IMG/VR virus record: IMGVR_UViG_3300036766_002281 | Span: 1-64,000 of that record | Origin: a virus | Strand: one strand, 5' to 3' | DNA length: 64,000 bases | Shown here: positions 47,047-57,292 of the stretch, piece after piece | Numbering within the stretch: position 1 is the stretch's first letter | How the letters are laid out: each line of letters starts with the position of its first letter | The notes under the pieces: model-generated | What the model saw: only the letters and a program-made list of their open reading frames with translations | What the model was told of the DNA's origin: nothing | Databases searched by the model: none | Translations under genes and position numbers: made by a program

Positions 47047-48944
47047 CAGATTTTGTTGATACGTTAACAAAAGTAAGGCATAAAATTAAGAATCCATACG
47101 CAAAGGATGAACTAGAGAGCTTAGATTCAGCAGGCGGTCTTGGATCTGGATCTCGTGGTCCTGGGGCTGATGGCATAGATATGAATCCAACTCCTAAGTA
47201 TAAACCAAAACGTTTAGAGAAAGCGCCTACACCAAACAATCCAGACAAAGATGCTGTTGAGTGGCTGGATAAATTATCCTTCGCCAACGCCTTCGATCAA
47301 ACCCTTCTTCGATTAAAAAATCAACTTACAGGATCAGTCTTAGACTATCCAAAGCCTGGACTTGACCCGCAAATTTGGCAAGCTGATGGTACTTTACATC
47401 CAAACATTAAGCATACGATCCTGAAAAAGATTGTAGACTTCTTCAAAGAGAAGGGCATTAACAAACATATTAGAAGAGTAGTAAAGTATGTTTACATTAT
47501 CGGATCATTGACTTCCTATCAATACAATTCTAAATCCGACCTTGATACCCACATTGGAATCGATATTGATGATTTGAAAAAGGCTTTGTCCAAAACTACT
47601 TTCTGGGTAAGCGATGAAGAACTTGCTGATCTATTGAATAAGCATTGGAAAGACGAACTAAACGAAAAGGAACCAGTTCTAGCTCCGGGAACAGAACATC
47701 CACTTGAATTTTATTTTGAGATAAAAGGTTATACTGGAGCTGAAAGAGCTGACGGAGTTTACAATCTTCTAAAGGATAAATGGATACAAGAACCAAGAAC
47801 AGTTGATTATGATTTCGATCTTGATGAGCTGTATCCAAAAGTTATTGACGAGGCTTCTCATTTCTTGAAGTCAATGGATGCAGAGCTTGGGGATGTTAAA
47901 CGAACTATTAGTGATATAGCTTTTTTGAAGGAAACCTTAGCACGATTTCCAAAGGAAAAGCGTAAACTTTTTAAAGAAAAAATAAGAGAGAAGATAAGAG
48001 ATATCAATTTTTCCATTCAAGAACTTGTAGAAAAAGGGCAGAATATAATCGATGAACGTAAAGAAAAATATAATCCACTGGCTCCTTCCAATATCCATTT
48101 TAAGTATCTACAACGCTATGGTTACATCTGGCTTATAAAACAGCTAGAAGAAGTTCTTGAAGACAAAATGACAGAAGAAGTGAGTGTGCAAGACCTTGAA
48201 GATGTCAAAGCCGTTCAAGAAGTTTTAGATCAGTTTGATTGCTTAGAAGATAGCACAGTAAAATTATCAGAAGCTCAAGTTATTTATGAGGACAGCACTA
48301 TCCAGACTTCAGAAGTTTCAAAAGAAATATTAGATCAAATACGTGGCATTCAGAAGACCATCGATAAGGATTTACTATCTCACGATGAAGATGCTCGTGG
48401 TTGGGTACATGGTGGAATGCAGGAACTTCTTCACGTAACGGTTTTATTCGGAGTTAATGCAGAAGACTTTGAAAAAGCAAAAGAGATATGCAAAGACTTT
48501 AAAGATATTGAGATTGAGGCTACTCACGTTGACTATTTTGATGTGGATACGAAGGAAGGTAAGTTTTCTTGCGCCGTAGTAAAATGTAGTTCCCCTAGGC
48601 TAGAAGAACTTCATAACAAATTAAAGGATAATCTCGAAAATAAACACAAGTTTGATTACAAACCTCATATTACCATTGCCTACTTACAACATGGAAGTAG
48701 ATTAGGGGATATTGAGTTTAAGCCGGTGAAATGGATAGTAGGTGATCTCGAAATGGGTATGCCTGATGGAAGTTTAAAACGATTGGCAACAAAATCTGAT
48801 TTTGAAATCTTATTTGGTGGTAGGGTGGATAAAAAATATGAAAGAAAACTAATTAGCTTTCTTACTATTAAATCAAAGGATAAAGTAGTAGAAGTACTGG
48901 AACGTATCAATAATGGAGAAGATGTAGCAAATGTTATACTTTAA
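47043..48944 (+). CDS. Pol-beta-type nucleotidyltransferase fused to a 2H phosphoesterase (T4 gp57B/Acb1-like)
   Basis: IIGSLTSYQY..KSDLDTHI; C-terminal LHVTVLFG and YKPHITIAY (two HxT motifs). Confidence 0.75.
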   Translation: MTDFVDTLTKVRHKIKNPYAKDELESLDSAGGLGSGSRGPGADGIDMNPTPKYKPKRLEKAPTPNNPDKDAVEWLDKLSFANAFDQTLLRLKNQLTGSVLDYPKPGLDPQIWQADGTLHPNIKHTILKKIVDFFKEKGINKHIRRVVKYVYIIGSLTSYQYNSKSDLDTHIGIDIDDLKKALSKTTFWVSDEELADLLNKHWKDELNEKEPVLAPGTEHPLEFYFEIKGYTGAERADGVYNLLKDKWIQEPRTVDYDFDLDELYPKVIDEASHFLKSMDAELGDVKRTISDIAFLKETLARFPKEKRKLFKEKIREKIRDINFSIQELVEKGQNIIDERKEKYNPLAPSNIHFKYLQRYGYIWLIKQLEEVLEDKMTEEVSVQDLEDVKAVQEVLDQFDCLEDSTVKLSEAQVIYEDSTIQTSEVSKEILDQIRGIQKTIDKDLLSHDEDARGWVHGGMQELLHVTVLFGVNAEDFEKAKEICKDFKDIEIEATHVDYFDVDTKEGKFSCAVVKCSSPRLEELHNKLKDNLENKHKFDYKPHITIAYLQHGSRLGDIEFKPVKWIVGDLEMGMPDGSLKRLATKSDFEILFGGRVDKKYERKLISFLTIKSKDKVVEVLERINNGEDVANVIL

Positions 48945-49395
48945 AGCTTCAGAAATAAATAACTATGGGTATGCTACAACTCCGGACATTGATAAAAATA
49001 TCACAGAATTAATTGTGCGAGTAAGCGTGGTTAGGGGAGCTTGGGGTTTCCCAATGTCCGCGACTTCAGGATTAAGAAACATTGCTGATCAAACTCGTAT
49101 TAATCCAATAAACCCAAAATCAAATCATTTAACTGGTAAAGCTGTGGACATTGCAGATACAGGTGTTCTTTGGCTATGGTCTTTGAGGAATCTGCAGTTA
49201 TTGAAAGATACTGGGCTTTGGCTGGAGCATTTTAATTGGACTCATCATCCAGCAGGAAATGGTTGGGTTCATTTTCAGATAGTCGCTCCAATCAGTGGAC
49301 ATAGAATTTATGTTCCATCAAGTGCTCCTGCGTTAAGTAATGTATGGAATGGAAAGTACGATTCAAAATTCGATGGATTCGATAAAAGTTTTTGA
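48931..49395 (+). CDS. Peptidase M15-family peptidoglycan hydrolase (candidate endolysin)
   Basis: TSGLR, SNHLTGKAVD (SxHxxxxAxD), WVH. Confidence 0.8.
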   Translation: MLYFKASEINNYGYATTPDIDKNITELIVRVSVVRGAWGFPMSATSGLRNIADQTRINPINPKSNHLTGKAVDIADTGVLWLWSLRNLQLLKDTGLWLEHFNWTHHPAGNGWVHFQIVAPISGHRIYVPSSAPALSNVWNGKYDSKFDGFDKSF

Positions 49396-49455
49396 ACCAT
49401 GGAATTTCGTTTGTTTTGTTGGTTCTTTAATAAGAATTAATAGTATACTATAACT

Positions 49456-50721
49456 TTGAGAGAGGAATTCATGAACAAAATCTCTTGGGCAGAAATTCAG
49501 CATCTCCTTCCTAAAGAAGCTAAAACCCACGAACAAGAATTTAAACAACTTTTTAAACGCTTCGGAGCTGAAGAATTATCAGTCAATGATATTGATTTAG
49601 TTCTGAATGAGAAGAGTTTGGATACTGTTACCGTGGCTGATGTTTTAAAAATAGCTAGCTTCGATAGGTATTTCTATGATTCCCTTGGTCAAATCATTGG
49701 ACGTATAGAGACGGACGACAACGGCGATTCCAGGGCATATGATAAATCAGGTAACTATGTAGGACAAACTAGTGCTGGAATGACCCTTAACGCAGCAGGA
49801 GAACTCGTCGCCCAAAGTGACGTCCTTTCTAGTTTGTTTGTAAGAGAAGAAAGAATTGTTGGAAGCGTCTGTGTGGAAGATCTGATTAAAGAAGATTTAA
49901 TGGCTCCAGTATCTATCACAGTTGCACACGTAATCGAAGGAATTGGAATCGATTATCTTGAATTGGAAGATGAGCCCACGCAAGAATATGTTCCAGTAAG
50001 TAAAGGTCGTGGAAAATTCAAAGTATATGATATTGTAATGACCCCATTCGGTAGAGGTAGAATTATCACTAAACAAACAGAGGACAAGCCCTATACTTAT
50101 GGTGTTAAAATTACCTCTACGGATGAGCTTGAAATTGTAGACGAAGATGATCTAAAAATGATCAAAGAAGAAGTGGTCATGAACGAGCTTCAAACTCAAC
50201 AAGGCTATAGTCTAGATAACGTAGTTGGGGTCAAAGATCTAATACGTCTAAGCATGGAGAAGTCGGCTTTAGATATTGAATGGATAAGAGCAAAATGGGA
50301 TGATGAATCTAAAAAAGTAATGGATCAGTTAGCAAAAGAGAGCCAAGACTTTGCTGATGATCTTGAAGCTGGTCATATTCCATTATTGGAAGAATACTCG
50401 TTACATGACCTCAAACGTGTTACTTCCCCTTATATGCAGGGTAGCATTGACCAGGATCAGGCAGAAAAGCTTCTACGAGATCTAATGTATCAATTTAGAG
50501 CTAAGCTGTATTCTGATTATGGGCTAACTGTAGATCAAGCACGTAAAGACAAAGAAAAAGAAGAAGCTAAAGAAAAAGAAAGCCGCTTTGAGAAGGATCT
50601 TCCAGCTTACGGGGTGGCAGATATCTATCCGTACTCGGGAACAGGTGCAGGAATGCCTTCTAGTGGCGATCTTACGCGTATCATTAACGATGCTCCATCT
50701 AGACAAATTAGATTGAAGTAA
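49456..50721 (+). CDS. Acidic multi-segment hypothetical protein
   Basis: KEA, KIA and KSA linkers; likely start 49471. Confidence 0.65.
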   Translation: MREEFMNKISWAEIQHLLPKEAKTHEQEFKQLFKRFGAEELSVNDIDLVLNEKSLDTVTVADVLKIASFDRYFYDSLGQIIGRIETDDNGDSRAYDKSGNYVGQTSAGMTLNAAGELVAQSDVLSSLFVREERIVGSVCVEDLIKEDLMAPVSITVAHVIEGIGIDYLELEDEPTQEYVPVSKGRGKFKVYDIVMTPFGRGRIITKQTEDKPYTYGVKITSTDELEIVDEDDLKMIKEEVVMNELQTQQGYSLDNVVGVKDLIRLSMEKSALDIEWIRAKWDDESKKVMDQLAKESQDFADDLEAGHIPLLEEYSLHDLKRVTSPYMQGSIDQDQAEKLLRDLMYQFRAKLYSDYGLTVDQARKDKEKEEAKEKESRFEKDLPAYGVADIYPYSGTGAGMPSSGDLTRIINDAPSRQIRLK

Positions 50722-50773
50722 GCAGATGAATCCACAAATAAAGATATCTTTAAGTCCGATGGAGAAATATTTT

Positions 50774-53098
50774 ATGGGCGCTAATGAATTGAGCACAAAC
50801 ACAAATACAGAGAAAACGACAACTACAAGGGCATTGGTATCTGCAAACGCATATAAAGTTTTAGAGAAGAGATATCTTGCAAAAGATGATGCTGGTAAAG
50901 TTGTAGAAACTCCTCAACAGCTCTTTCAACGGGTAGCAAGTAATATTGCAAAAGCTGAAATGAGTTATTCCAACGATGCAGAAATTACTACATCAGCCTA
51001 TTATGATTTTTACAATGTTATGGCGAATCTAGAATTTCTTCCAAACTCACCTACCCTGATGAATGCTGGTAGGGAACTTCAGCAACTCAGTGCATGCTTC
51101 GTTCTTCCAGTAGAAGATTCTATGGTGGGAATTTTTGATGCCATAAAGAATGCAGCAATCATACACAAGTCGGGTGGTGGCACGGGTTTCTCTTTTTCAC
51201 GTTTAAGACCAAATGGATCTTATGTTCGTAAAACCGGTGGGGTAGCATCAGGACCAATTTCCTTTTTAAAAGTATTCAATCAAGCTACTGAAGCAGTAAA
51301 ACAAGGTGGTCGACGTAGAGGCGCCAACATGGCAATTCTTAGGGTAGATCATCCAGATATTTTAGAATTTATTAAATGCAAGGACAATACCAAAGACCTT
51401 ACCAATTTTAATATTAGCGTTGCTATCACAGATGAGTTTATGAATGCTGTTGATCAGAACCTGGAATACTCTTTGATTCATCCAAAAACAAAAGAAGAAG
51501 TCAAACGATTAAGAGCAAGAGAAGTCTTTGACATGATTGCAAAGCAAGCCCATAAAAACGGGGAGCCCGGATTATTCTTTATTGATAAAGCTAATGCAAC
51601 AAATCCTGTTAAGCATGTTGGAATGATTGAAGCTACGAACCCATGTGGGGAGCAGGAACTTATTGCAAATGACGTTTGTAATCTTGGTAGTATTAATCTT
51701 GAGCAGCACCTTCAATACAGCGATGTATCAGGAATTGTCATTGGAGTTGATTGGGAAAAACTGGCTAAGACCACAAAGATTGCAGTAAGATTTTTGGATA
51801 ACATTATCGATATGAATTGTTACCCATTACCAGATATTGAGACTATGGCAAAAGGAAATCGTAGAATTGGTCTTGGTATAATGGGATTTGCTCGAATGCT
51901 TTATCGTCTTGGTATTAGATATGATAGTGTCGAAGGATTGCAGGCTGCCGCAAGTATTATGTCGCATATTCAAGATGTAGGGCATGCCGCTTCAATGGAG
52001 CTGGCTGAAGAACGAGGAACATACTTAAATTGGGAAGGTTCTGAGCATCAAAACAAAAATAAAAGAATGAGAAATTCTTATGTTACAACGATTGCTCCAA
52101 CTGGAACAATTAGTATGATTGCTGATACGTCGTCAGGGTGCGAACCAGAGTTTAGTCTAATATGGTACAAGAATGTTATGGACGGACAGCATCTTCCATA
52201 CGTTCAAGAATACTTTATCGAAGTAGCTAAACAAGAAGGGTTCTGGTCAGAGACTTTGTTGGATAAGATTGTTGCAAATCATGGGTCAGTTCAAGGGCTA
52301 GAGGAAGTTCCAAAGAAATGGCAAAATATTTTTGTTACTTCTCATGATATACATCCATTGGATCATGTTAAAATGCAAGCCGCTTTCCAGCTCTATGTAG
52401 ATAGTGCCGTATCTAAAACAATTAATATGGCAAAGTCAGCAACTGTGGAAGATGTTAAACAATCTTATATGCTTGCTTACAAACTAGGATGCAAAGGCAT
52501 TACGGTTTATCGTGATGGCAGTAGAGAGGAACAGGTTATGAATTTAGGAGTAAGCATTAAGAACGAGGTAAAAGAAGTTCCTACAAATGGCAATGGTAGT
52601 GGATCCGCCCCGAATAGTTCTTTTCCTTTGATTCAGATAAAACCCAGACCAGAAATTATGAAAGGCTGCACAGTTAAAAGAGAAACTTCGTGTGGGCATT
52701 TGTATCTGACTGTTAACGAGGATGAGACGGGAAAACCTTTTGAAGTATTTTCAACGATGGGGAAAAGTGGTGGATGTGAAGGTTCTCAGAATGAAGCCGT
52801 GGCAAGACTCATTTCTTTGGCTTTGAGAGCTGGAGTTGATTACCATGAAATTGTTAAACAGTTGATTGGCATTAGATGTAATAAGCCTTTTGGATTAGGA
52901 GAAGCAAAAGTTGAATCCTGTTCTGATGGGGTAGCAAAGATGATGTTAAGTTACTACCACAAAACAAGGCAAGAAGAGGTTCGTAAAGTGCTAGTAAAAA
53001 ATAAGATTACAGCTTCATGTCCAGATTGCGAATGCGAGTTAGAAATTAGCGAAGGATGTGAAAAATGTAGGTTCTGTGGGTACTCTCGTTGTGGATAG
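50774..53098 (+). CDS. nrdJ: Class II (adenosylcobalamin-dependent) ribonucleotide reductase
   Basis: PNSPTLMNAG, LSACFV, TNPCGEQ, CNLGSINL, TIAPTGTIS, C-terminal TSCPD-like domain and Zn ribbon; no nrdB nearby; start refined using GGAG SD. Confidence 0.92.
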   Translation: MGANELSTNTNTEKTTTTRALVSANAYKVLEKRYLAKDDAGKVVETPQQLFQRVASNIAKAEMSYSNDAEITTSAYYDFYNVMANLEFLPNSPTLMNAGRELQQLSACFVLPVEDSMVGIFDAIKNAAIIHKSGGGTGFSFSRLRPNGSYVRKTGGVASGPISFLKVFNQATEAVKQGGRRRGANMAILRVDHPDILEFIKCKDNTKDLTNFNISVAITDEFMNAVDQNLEYSLIHPKTKEEVKRLRAREVFDMIAKQAHKNGEPGLFFIDKANATNPVKHVGMIEATNPCGEQELIANDVCNLGSINLEQHLQYSDVSGIVIGVDWEKLAKTTKIAVRFLDNIIDMNCYPLPDIETMAKGNRRIGLGIMGFARMLYRLGIRYDSVEGLQAAASIMSHIQDVGHAASMELAEERGTYLNWEGSEHQNKNKRMRNSYVTTIAPTGTISMIADTSSGCEPEFSLIWYKNVMDGQHLPYVQEYFIEVAKQEGFWSETLLDKIVANHGSVQGLEEVPKKWQNIFVTSHDIHPLDHVKMQAAFQLYVDSAVSKTINMAKSATVEDVKQSYMLAYKLGCKGITVYRDGSREEQVMNLGVSIKNEVKEVPTNGNGSGSAPNSSFPLIQIKPRPEIMKGCTVKRETSCGHLYLTVNEDETGKPFEVFSTMGKSGGCEGSQNEAVARLISLALRAGVDYHEIVKQLIGIRCNKPFGLGEAKVESCSDGVAKMMLSYYHKTRQEEVRKVLVKNKITASCPDCECELEISEGCEKCRFCGYSRCG

Positions 53099-53104
53099 CT
53101 GCTA

Positions 53105-53518
53105 ATGAAATTAAAGCTTGGGTCGAATGCTTTTTTTAATGTCGGCGTTGTAGTTCCTAAAAGGTCTTCTCACTCTGATACCCAAGGAGAAGGAGTTAGA
53201 AGATGGGTTTCTCTACAAACCGACTTAACTCAGTTAGAGATTCAGCTTTTTACATCGATTAGTTACTTTTGTGATCTTCATGGGTATTTTCATTTAAGTG
53301 TTTTTGATATAAAAAAGTTAGTAAATTGGGAAACTAAAGAAGTAGTACGTATTTTAATCGAGTTAAAGAAAAAACGATTCTTAACTTTTTATTTTAATTT
53401 GCCAGAAAAACCTAGTAGATTATGTTTAGAATTAGTTCGATTGTTTAGAAGTAAGGTTAAAAATAGGATACTTAGGAAAACAAATGAGCTGGGAGCAAAT
53501 CAAGTTACAAAAGTTTAA
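53105..53518 (+). CDS. Hypothetical protein (possible winged helix)
   Basis: Basic 137-aa ORF. Confidence 0.5.
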   Translation: MKLKLGSNAFFNVGVVVPKRSSHSDTQGEGVRRWVSLQTDLTQLEIQLFTSISYFCDLHGYFHLSVFDIKKLVNWETKEVVRILIELKKKRFLTFYFNLPEKPSRLCLELVRLFRSKVKNRILRKTNELGANQVTKV

Positions 53519-53708
53519 TGAAGAGATTCATAAACTCGTAAATGAGAGTCCATGTGATAATTGTGGGGAGACGGAACATACCTGGTATTCACATCAATCC
53601 TATACTATTCTATGCCCTATTTGTAAAGACATGGTTCAACGAATCTGCGAAAATAGAAATAAAAGAACCGTAAGAATAGAACAATTAAGACAGGATATGA
53701 TGGAGTAG
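53484..53708 (+). CDS. Small Zn-ribbon protein
   Basis: CDNC and CPIC. Confidence 0.55.
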   Translation: MSWEQIKLQKFNEEIHKLVNESPCDNCGETEHTWYSHQSYTILCPICKDMVQRICENRNKRTVRIEQLRQDMME

Positions 53709-53712
53709 TGCC

Positions 53713-53961
53713 TTGGATATAATTGAAGCAATCATACAAGCTGCTCGAGAACGTAAATTACTCAGAATTCAGTATAAAAAGCTCAACAACGAGGTTACTG
53801 AGCGCGATGTAGAAGTTTATGAAATAAAGGATGGAACACGTCTCTACGCGTGGGATATTGCCAAAAACGACCATATCAGACAATTTATTATAACTGGAAT
53901 TCTACAAGCGGAAGTGCTTGATCAAGTATTCGAGCCTCGATACCCAATTCTAATTGAGTAA
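53713..53961 (+). CDS. Stand-alone WYL-domain protein
   Basis: IIQAARERKLLRIQY...TERDVEVYEI...LYAWD...IRQF..GI. Confidence 0.75.
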   Translation: MDIIEAIIQAARERKLLRIQYKKLNNEVTERDVEVYEIKDGTRLYAWDIAKNDHIRQFIITGILQAEVLDQVFEPRYPILIE

Positions 53962-53969
53962 AGGAAAGT

Positions 53970-56900
53970 ATGTCAGACGGAAATAAAAAGAAAGGGTCAA
54001 CTGATAAAAAGTTTGATCCTAATAAAATAATTGATTCTTTAATCGATGCTCAAAACAAGAGAATGGCTGGAGCTTCGGGAAGGCCTAGAATAGCGGCAGA
54101 CCCGGGATTTTCATTTACCCTTCCAATGCCATACCAACCAGAGTTTGCCTCACCGGAACGTGTGCAGTGGCCTATTGATAGGCTACAACAAAATCGGTAC
54201 TGGAGATTATTCTATAAAACGGATCCAGTTATTTCTACATGTGTAGATATGTTCTCTGAAATTATAGGAACAGAATTTACAATGTCAGGGGAAGGAGTTG
54301 AGAAAGAGGTTAAGAATACTTACGAGTACATGATTGAGAAAACGCAGATCATGGCTCTCTTTCCCTACTTCATAAGAGAATTTTTGGTTATGGGAGAGGT
54401 AATACCTCATCTCGTTTTTGATAAGAAAAAAGGTATTTGGACAAGTTTAATTTTTCATAATCCCGATCAGATAAAGGTTATCTCTTCTCCTTTTATTGGA
54501 TTAGATCCAATTCTTGAATACACTCCTGATGAGACCTTGAGAGCCATGGCAAGATCAACTAATCCAATGATACAAGAGTACATGAATAAATTGCCAGCTG
54601 AAGTCTCAGATGCTATTTTATCCGGTAGTAATCTTCCTCTTAATACTAGTCTAAATGTTAGCTTTCTAGCGAGAAAAACTCATCCGTATGATACTCGTGG
54701 TACTAGCATCTTTACCAGACTTTATAGAATTCTGATGTATGAAGATGCTGTAGCCAATGCTTCCATCGCAACAGCTAGAAGACACGCTGGACCGCTGAAG
54801 ATTGCAAAGTTAGGGGACAAGCAATTAGAATGGGTACCAGAAGCATCTTACCAGGACAAGATCATACAGTTACTTACCGTAGCAGAACAAGATCCTCATT
54901 CATTTTTAATCCTACCATGGTTCGTAAACTTCGAAGCCTTTGGTACCACAGATAAGATGATGAACATTGGTAGAGAATGGGATGTGATCGAGCGTATCAA
55001 GCTGACTGCCCTAGGAGTAAGCCAAGGTTTCTTGCATGGCGAGTGTTTTGCAAAAGGGACTAAAATTTTAATGGCTGATTATCTAAATAAATCGATTCAA
55101 AATGTCAAAGAAGGAGATTATGTTTTAGATAGAAACGGGGCTTCTCAAAAAGTTTTAAAATCATGGAAATCTGAAACTCCAGAAAGATTAGTAAAAATTG
55201 ATTTATGGGGAGGAAAATCTTTATTAGTTACAGAGAATCATAAGTTTCCAGTTTGGGCATGGCAAAGAACTTGTGGTTGCGGCTGCGATAAAAAAATGGC
55301 TCCTGATCAAATGTTTGCTCAAGGACATTTCTTAAAGGTTACTAAAGGAAATACTTTAAAGAAGCCAGAATTTATTAGCATACAAGCTGCTGAAGAAGGA
55401 AATAATAAAAGAAAAATCATTTTGAAAACTTATAATCCTTATCAAAAATTAGAAGCTAAAGATATTTGCCGACGCGATTTTTTGCTAGTTCCTAGAAAAT
55501 TTGATGAAATTGTCCCGAAGGTCTCTTTAGATTATGCCAGATTACTAGGTTTTTATGTAGCAGAAGGATGTTATATAGATCCTAACAAAGCTTCAAAGTA
55601 CAATAGTATTCAATGGACTTTTAATAAAAAAGAAAAAAATACTTACGCTGAAGAAGTAATGACGGCAGCTAGAAATTTAGGAATGAAATTTTATTTAACA
55701 ATTGATGATCTTAATAATACATGTCAAGTGAATGCAGTTAGAAAAGGATATCAATTGTTTTATGAGTGGCTTTTAAGCAACGGAGGAAGGTATTCTCATG
55801 AAAAACAATTTAGTTCTGAAGTAATGAGATGGCCTTTGATTTACAAAGAAGAGTTAATAAGAGCTTTGTTCAAAGGAGATGGGTGCAGAAGTACTTCTCT
55901 AAGATTAGACAAGCAAAACAACAAAATTTATCCAGATTTTGTTGTCCAGTATGGAACTGTTTCGGAAGTGTTAGCTGATCAGATAGGTACCTTATTGGCA
56001 CATTTAGGTATTTATGCTTCCTTATATTTTACTCCTTTAGAAAAGTTAGGCAAAGCACATAAACACGATGTTTACAATATTAGTTGTTATGGTACTCAGG
56101 CTCGAAAGGTAGCAAAACTTGTATGGGGGGACGACGTCAAGCCAGCAAAAAATTCAAGAAATAAATATTGGGTTGATGAAAATTACATCTATGTTCCGGT
56201 AAGGAAAGTTAGTATTATACCTAATGTAGAACGTATTCCTGTTTATAATCTTACGGTTGATGAAGATCATAGTTATATTGCTGAAGGAGTAGCTACCTAT
56301 AATTCAACTTATGCGTCGATGAAAGGGAATATGCAAACCCTTTTGATGCGCTTAGCTGGGCTAAGATCCATGTTTGAAAGTGCCTGGTGGAAGCCAAAAT
56401 TCTTTAGGCCTATTGCTGAAATGAATGAGTTTGTCAAGCCTACCAAGGCAGAGGTTAGTCATAAACTTAAATTTAGAAGAAGTAAAAGGGAGTTGATTGA
56501 GGATGATCGTTATATCATTCCTACCCTACAGTGGAAGAGATCATTAGATCCCAGAATCGATGCAGAACTGCTTGATGCCTATGAGCAAGTTATCGGCCGT
56601 TTGAAATTCCCAATTAGTAAGACGACAGTTTATTCTGCTGCCGGATTGGATATAGAAGAAGAACAGCGTAATATGGCTAACGAGAAGAAAAATGAAGTTG
56701 AGTTAGCAAAAGAGATGGGCGTTACTACAGAAACTCTTACGGGAGAAGAACCTGCCGCTGCAGGTGGTGGTGCGGGTATGCCTGCTGGTGGAGAAGCTGG
56801 TGGAGAAGAGGTTCCTCTAACCCCAGTTGAAGAAGCTGCTTCTAAACGTTCCAAAACAGCTGAACTAGATATTGGAATGGAGGATGATGAGTATAATAGT

Positions 56901-57290
56901 TTAATCGATTTGATACACGGCAAAAAAGCATCTGCCTTTTGGAAACCTATTTTGAAAAAGAATGAGAAGGTAGAAGACTTTTCTAAAAGGTTTGATTGGG
57001 ATAGGGTAGAAGAATTTTTGGATGGGAATGATTTTACTCCAGCTCAGGTTCAGGCGCTCAGACAGAAGTTATTGGATGAGAATTTAGTAACTTCAACAAG
57101 AGATGAGATTATCAATTCCATGGTTGCTTCCCTCGACCCTGATAGTTCAGACGAAGAATTAAATAGAATTTCAGATATAGTTATACAGTCCAATAAAAGA
57201 ATCAAGCAAAAGAGTGCCTCAAACGATTTATTTTTTGCAGGTGAAGGAAATAAGCATCATTTAAATGGAAATGAAAAGAAAGGAGGTTAG
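53970..57290 (+). CDS. Portal protein with intein
   Basis: FYKTDPVISTCVD, REFLVMGEV, RGTSIFTR, FLHGE|STYAS; position between terL and protease/MCP. Confidence 0.8.
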   Translation: MSDGNKKKGSTDKKFDPNKIIDSLIDAQNKRMAGASGRPRIAADPGFSFTLPMPYQPEFASPERVQWPIDRLQQNRYWRLFYKTDPVISTCVDMFSEIIGTEFTMSGEGVEKEVKNTYEYMIEKTQIMALFPYFIREFLVMGEVIPHLVFDKKKGIWTSLIFHNPDQIKVISSPFIGLDPILEYTPDETLRAMARSTNPMIQEYMNKLPAEVSDAILSGSNLPLNTSLNVSFLARKTHPYDTRGTSIFTRLYRILMYEDAVANASIATARRHAGPLKIAKLGDKQLEWVPEASYQDKIIQLLTVAEQDPHSFLILPWFVNFEAFGTTDKMMNIGREWDVIERIKLTALGVSQGFLHGECFAKGTKILMADYLNKSIQNVKEGDYVLDRNGASQKVLKSWKSETPERLVKIDLWGGKSLLVTENHKFPVWAWQRTCGCGCDKKMAPDQMFAQGHFLKVTKGNTLKKPEFISIQAAEEGNNKRKIILKTYNPYQKLEAKDICRRDFLLVPRKFDEIVPKVSLDYARLLGFYVAEGCYIDPNKASKYNSIQWTFNKKEKNTYAEEVMTAARNLGMKFYLTIDDLNNTCQVNAVRKGYQLFYEWLLSNGGRYSHEKQFSSEVMRWPLIYKEELIRALFKGDGCRSTSLRLDKQNNKIYPDFVVQYGTVSEVLADQIGTLLAHLGIYASLYFTPLEKLGKAHKHDVYNISCYGTQARKVAKLVWGDDVKPAKNSRNKYWVDENYIYVPVRKVSIIPNVERIPVYNLTVDEDHSYIAEGVATYNSTYASMKGNMQTLLMRLAGLRSMFESAWWKPKFFRPIAEMNEFVKPTKAEVSHKLKFRRSKRELIEDDRYIIPTLQWKRSLDPRIDAELLDAYEQVIGRLKFPISKTTVYSAAGLDIEEEQRNMANEKKNEVELAKEMGVTTETLTGEEPAAAGGGAGMPAGGEAGGEEVPLTPVEEAASKRSKTAELDIGMEDDEYNSLIDLIHGKKASAFWKPILKKNEKVEDFSKRFDWDRVEEFLDGNDFTPAQVQALRQKLLDENLVTSTRDEIINSMVASLDPDSSDEELNRISDIVIQSNKRIKQKSASNDLFFAGEGNKHHLNGNEKKGG
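55044..56303 (+). mobile_element. Intein (420 aa) with LAGLIDADG endonuclease
   Basis: CFAKGT start, VTENHKF, LLGFYVAEG and LFKGDG, VYNLTVDEDHSY...TYN|S end. Confidence 0.92.
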
Positions 57291-57292
57291 TT

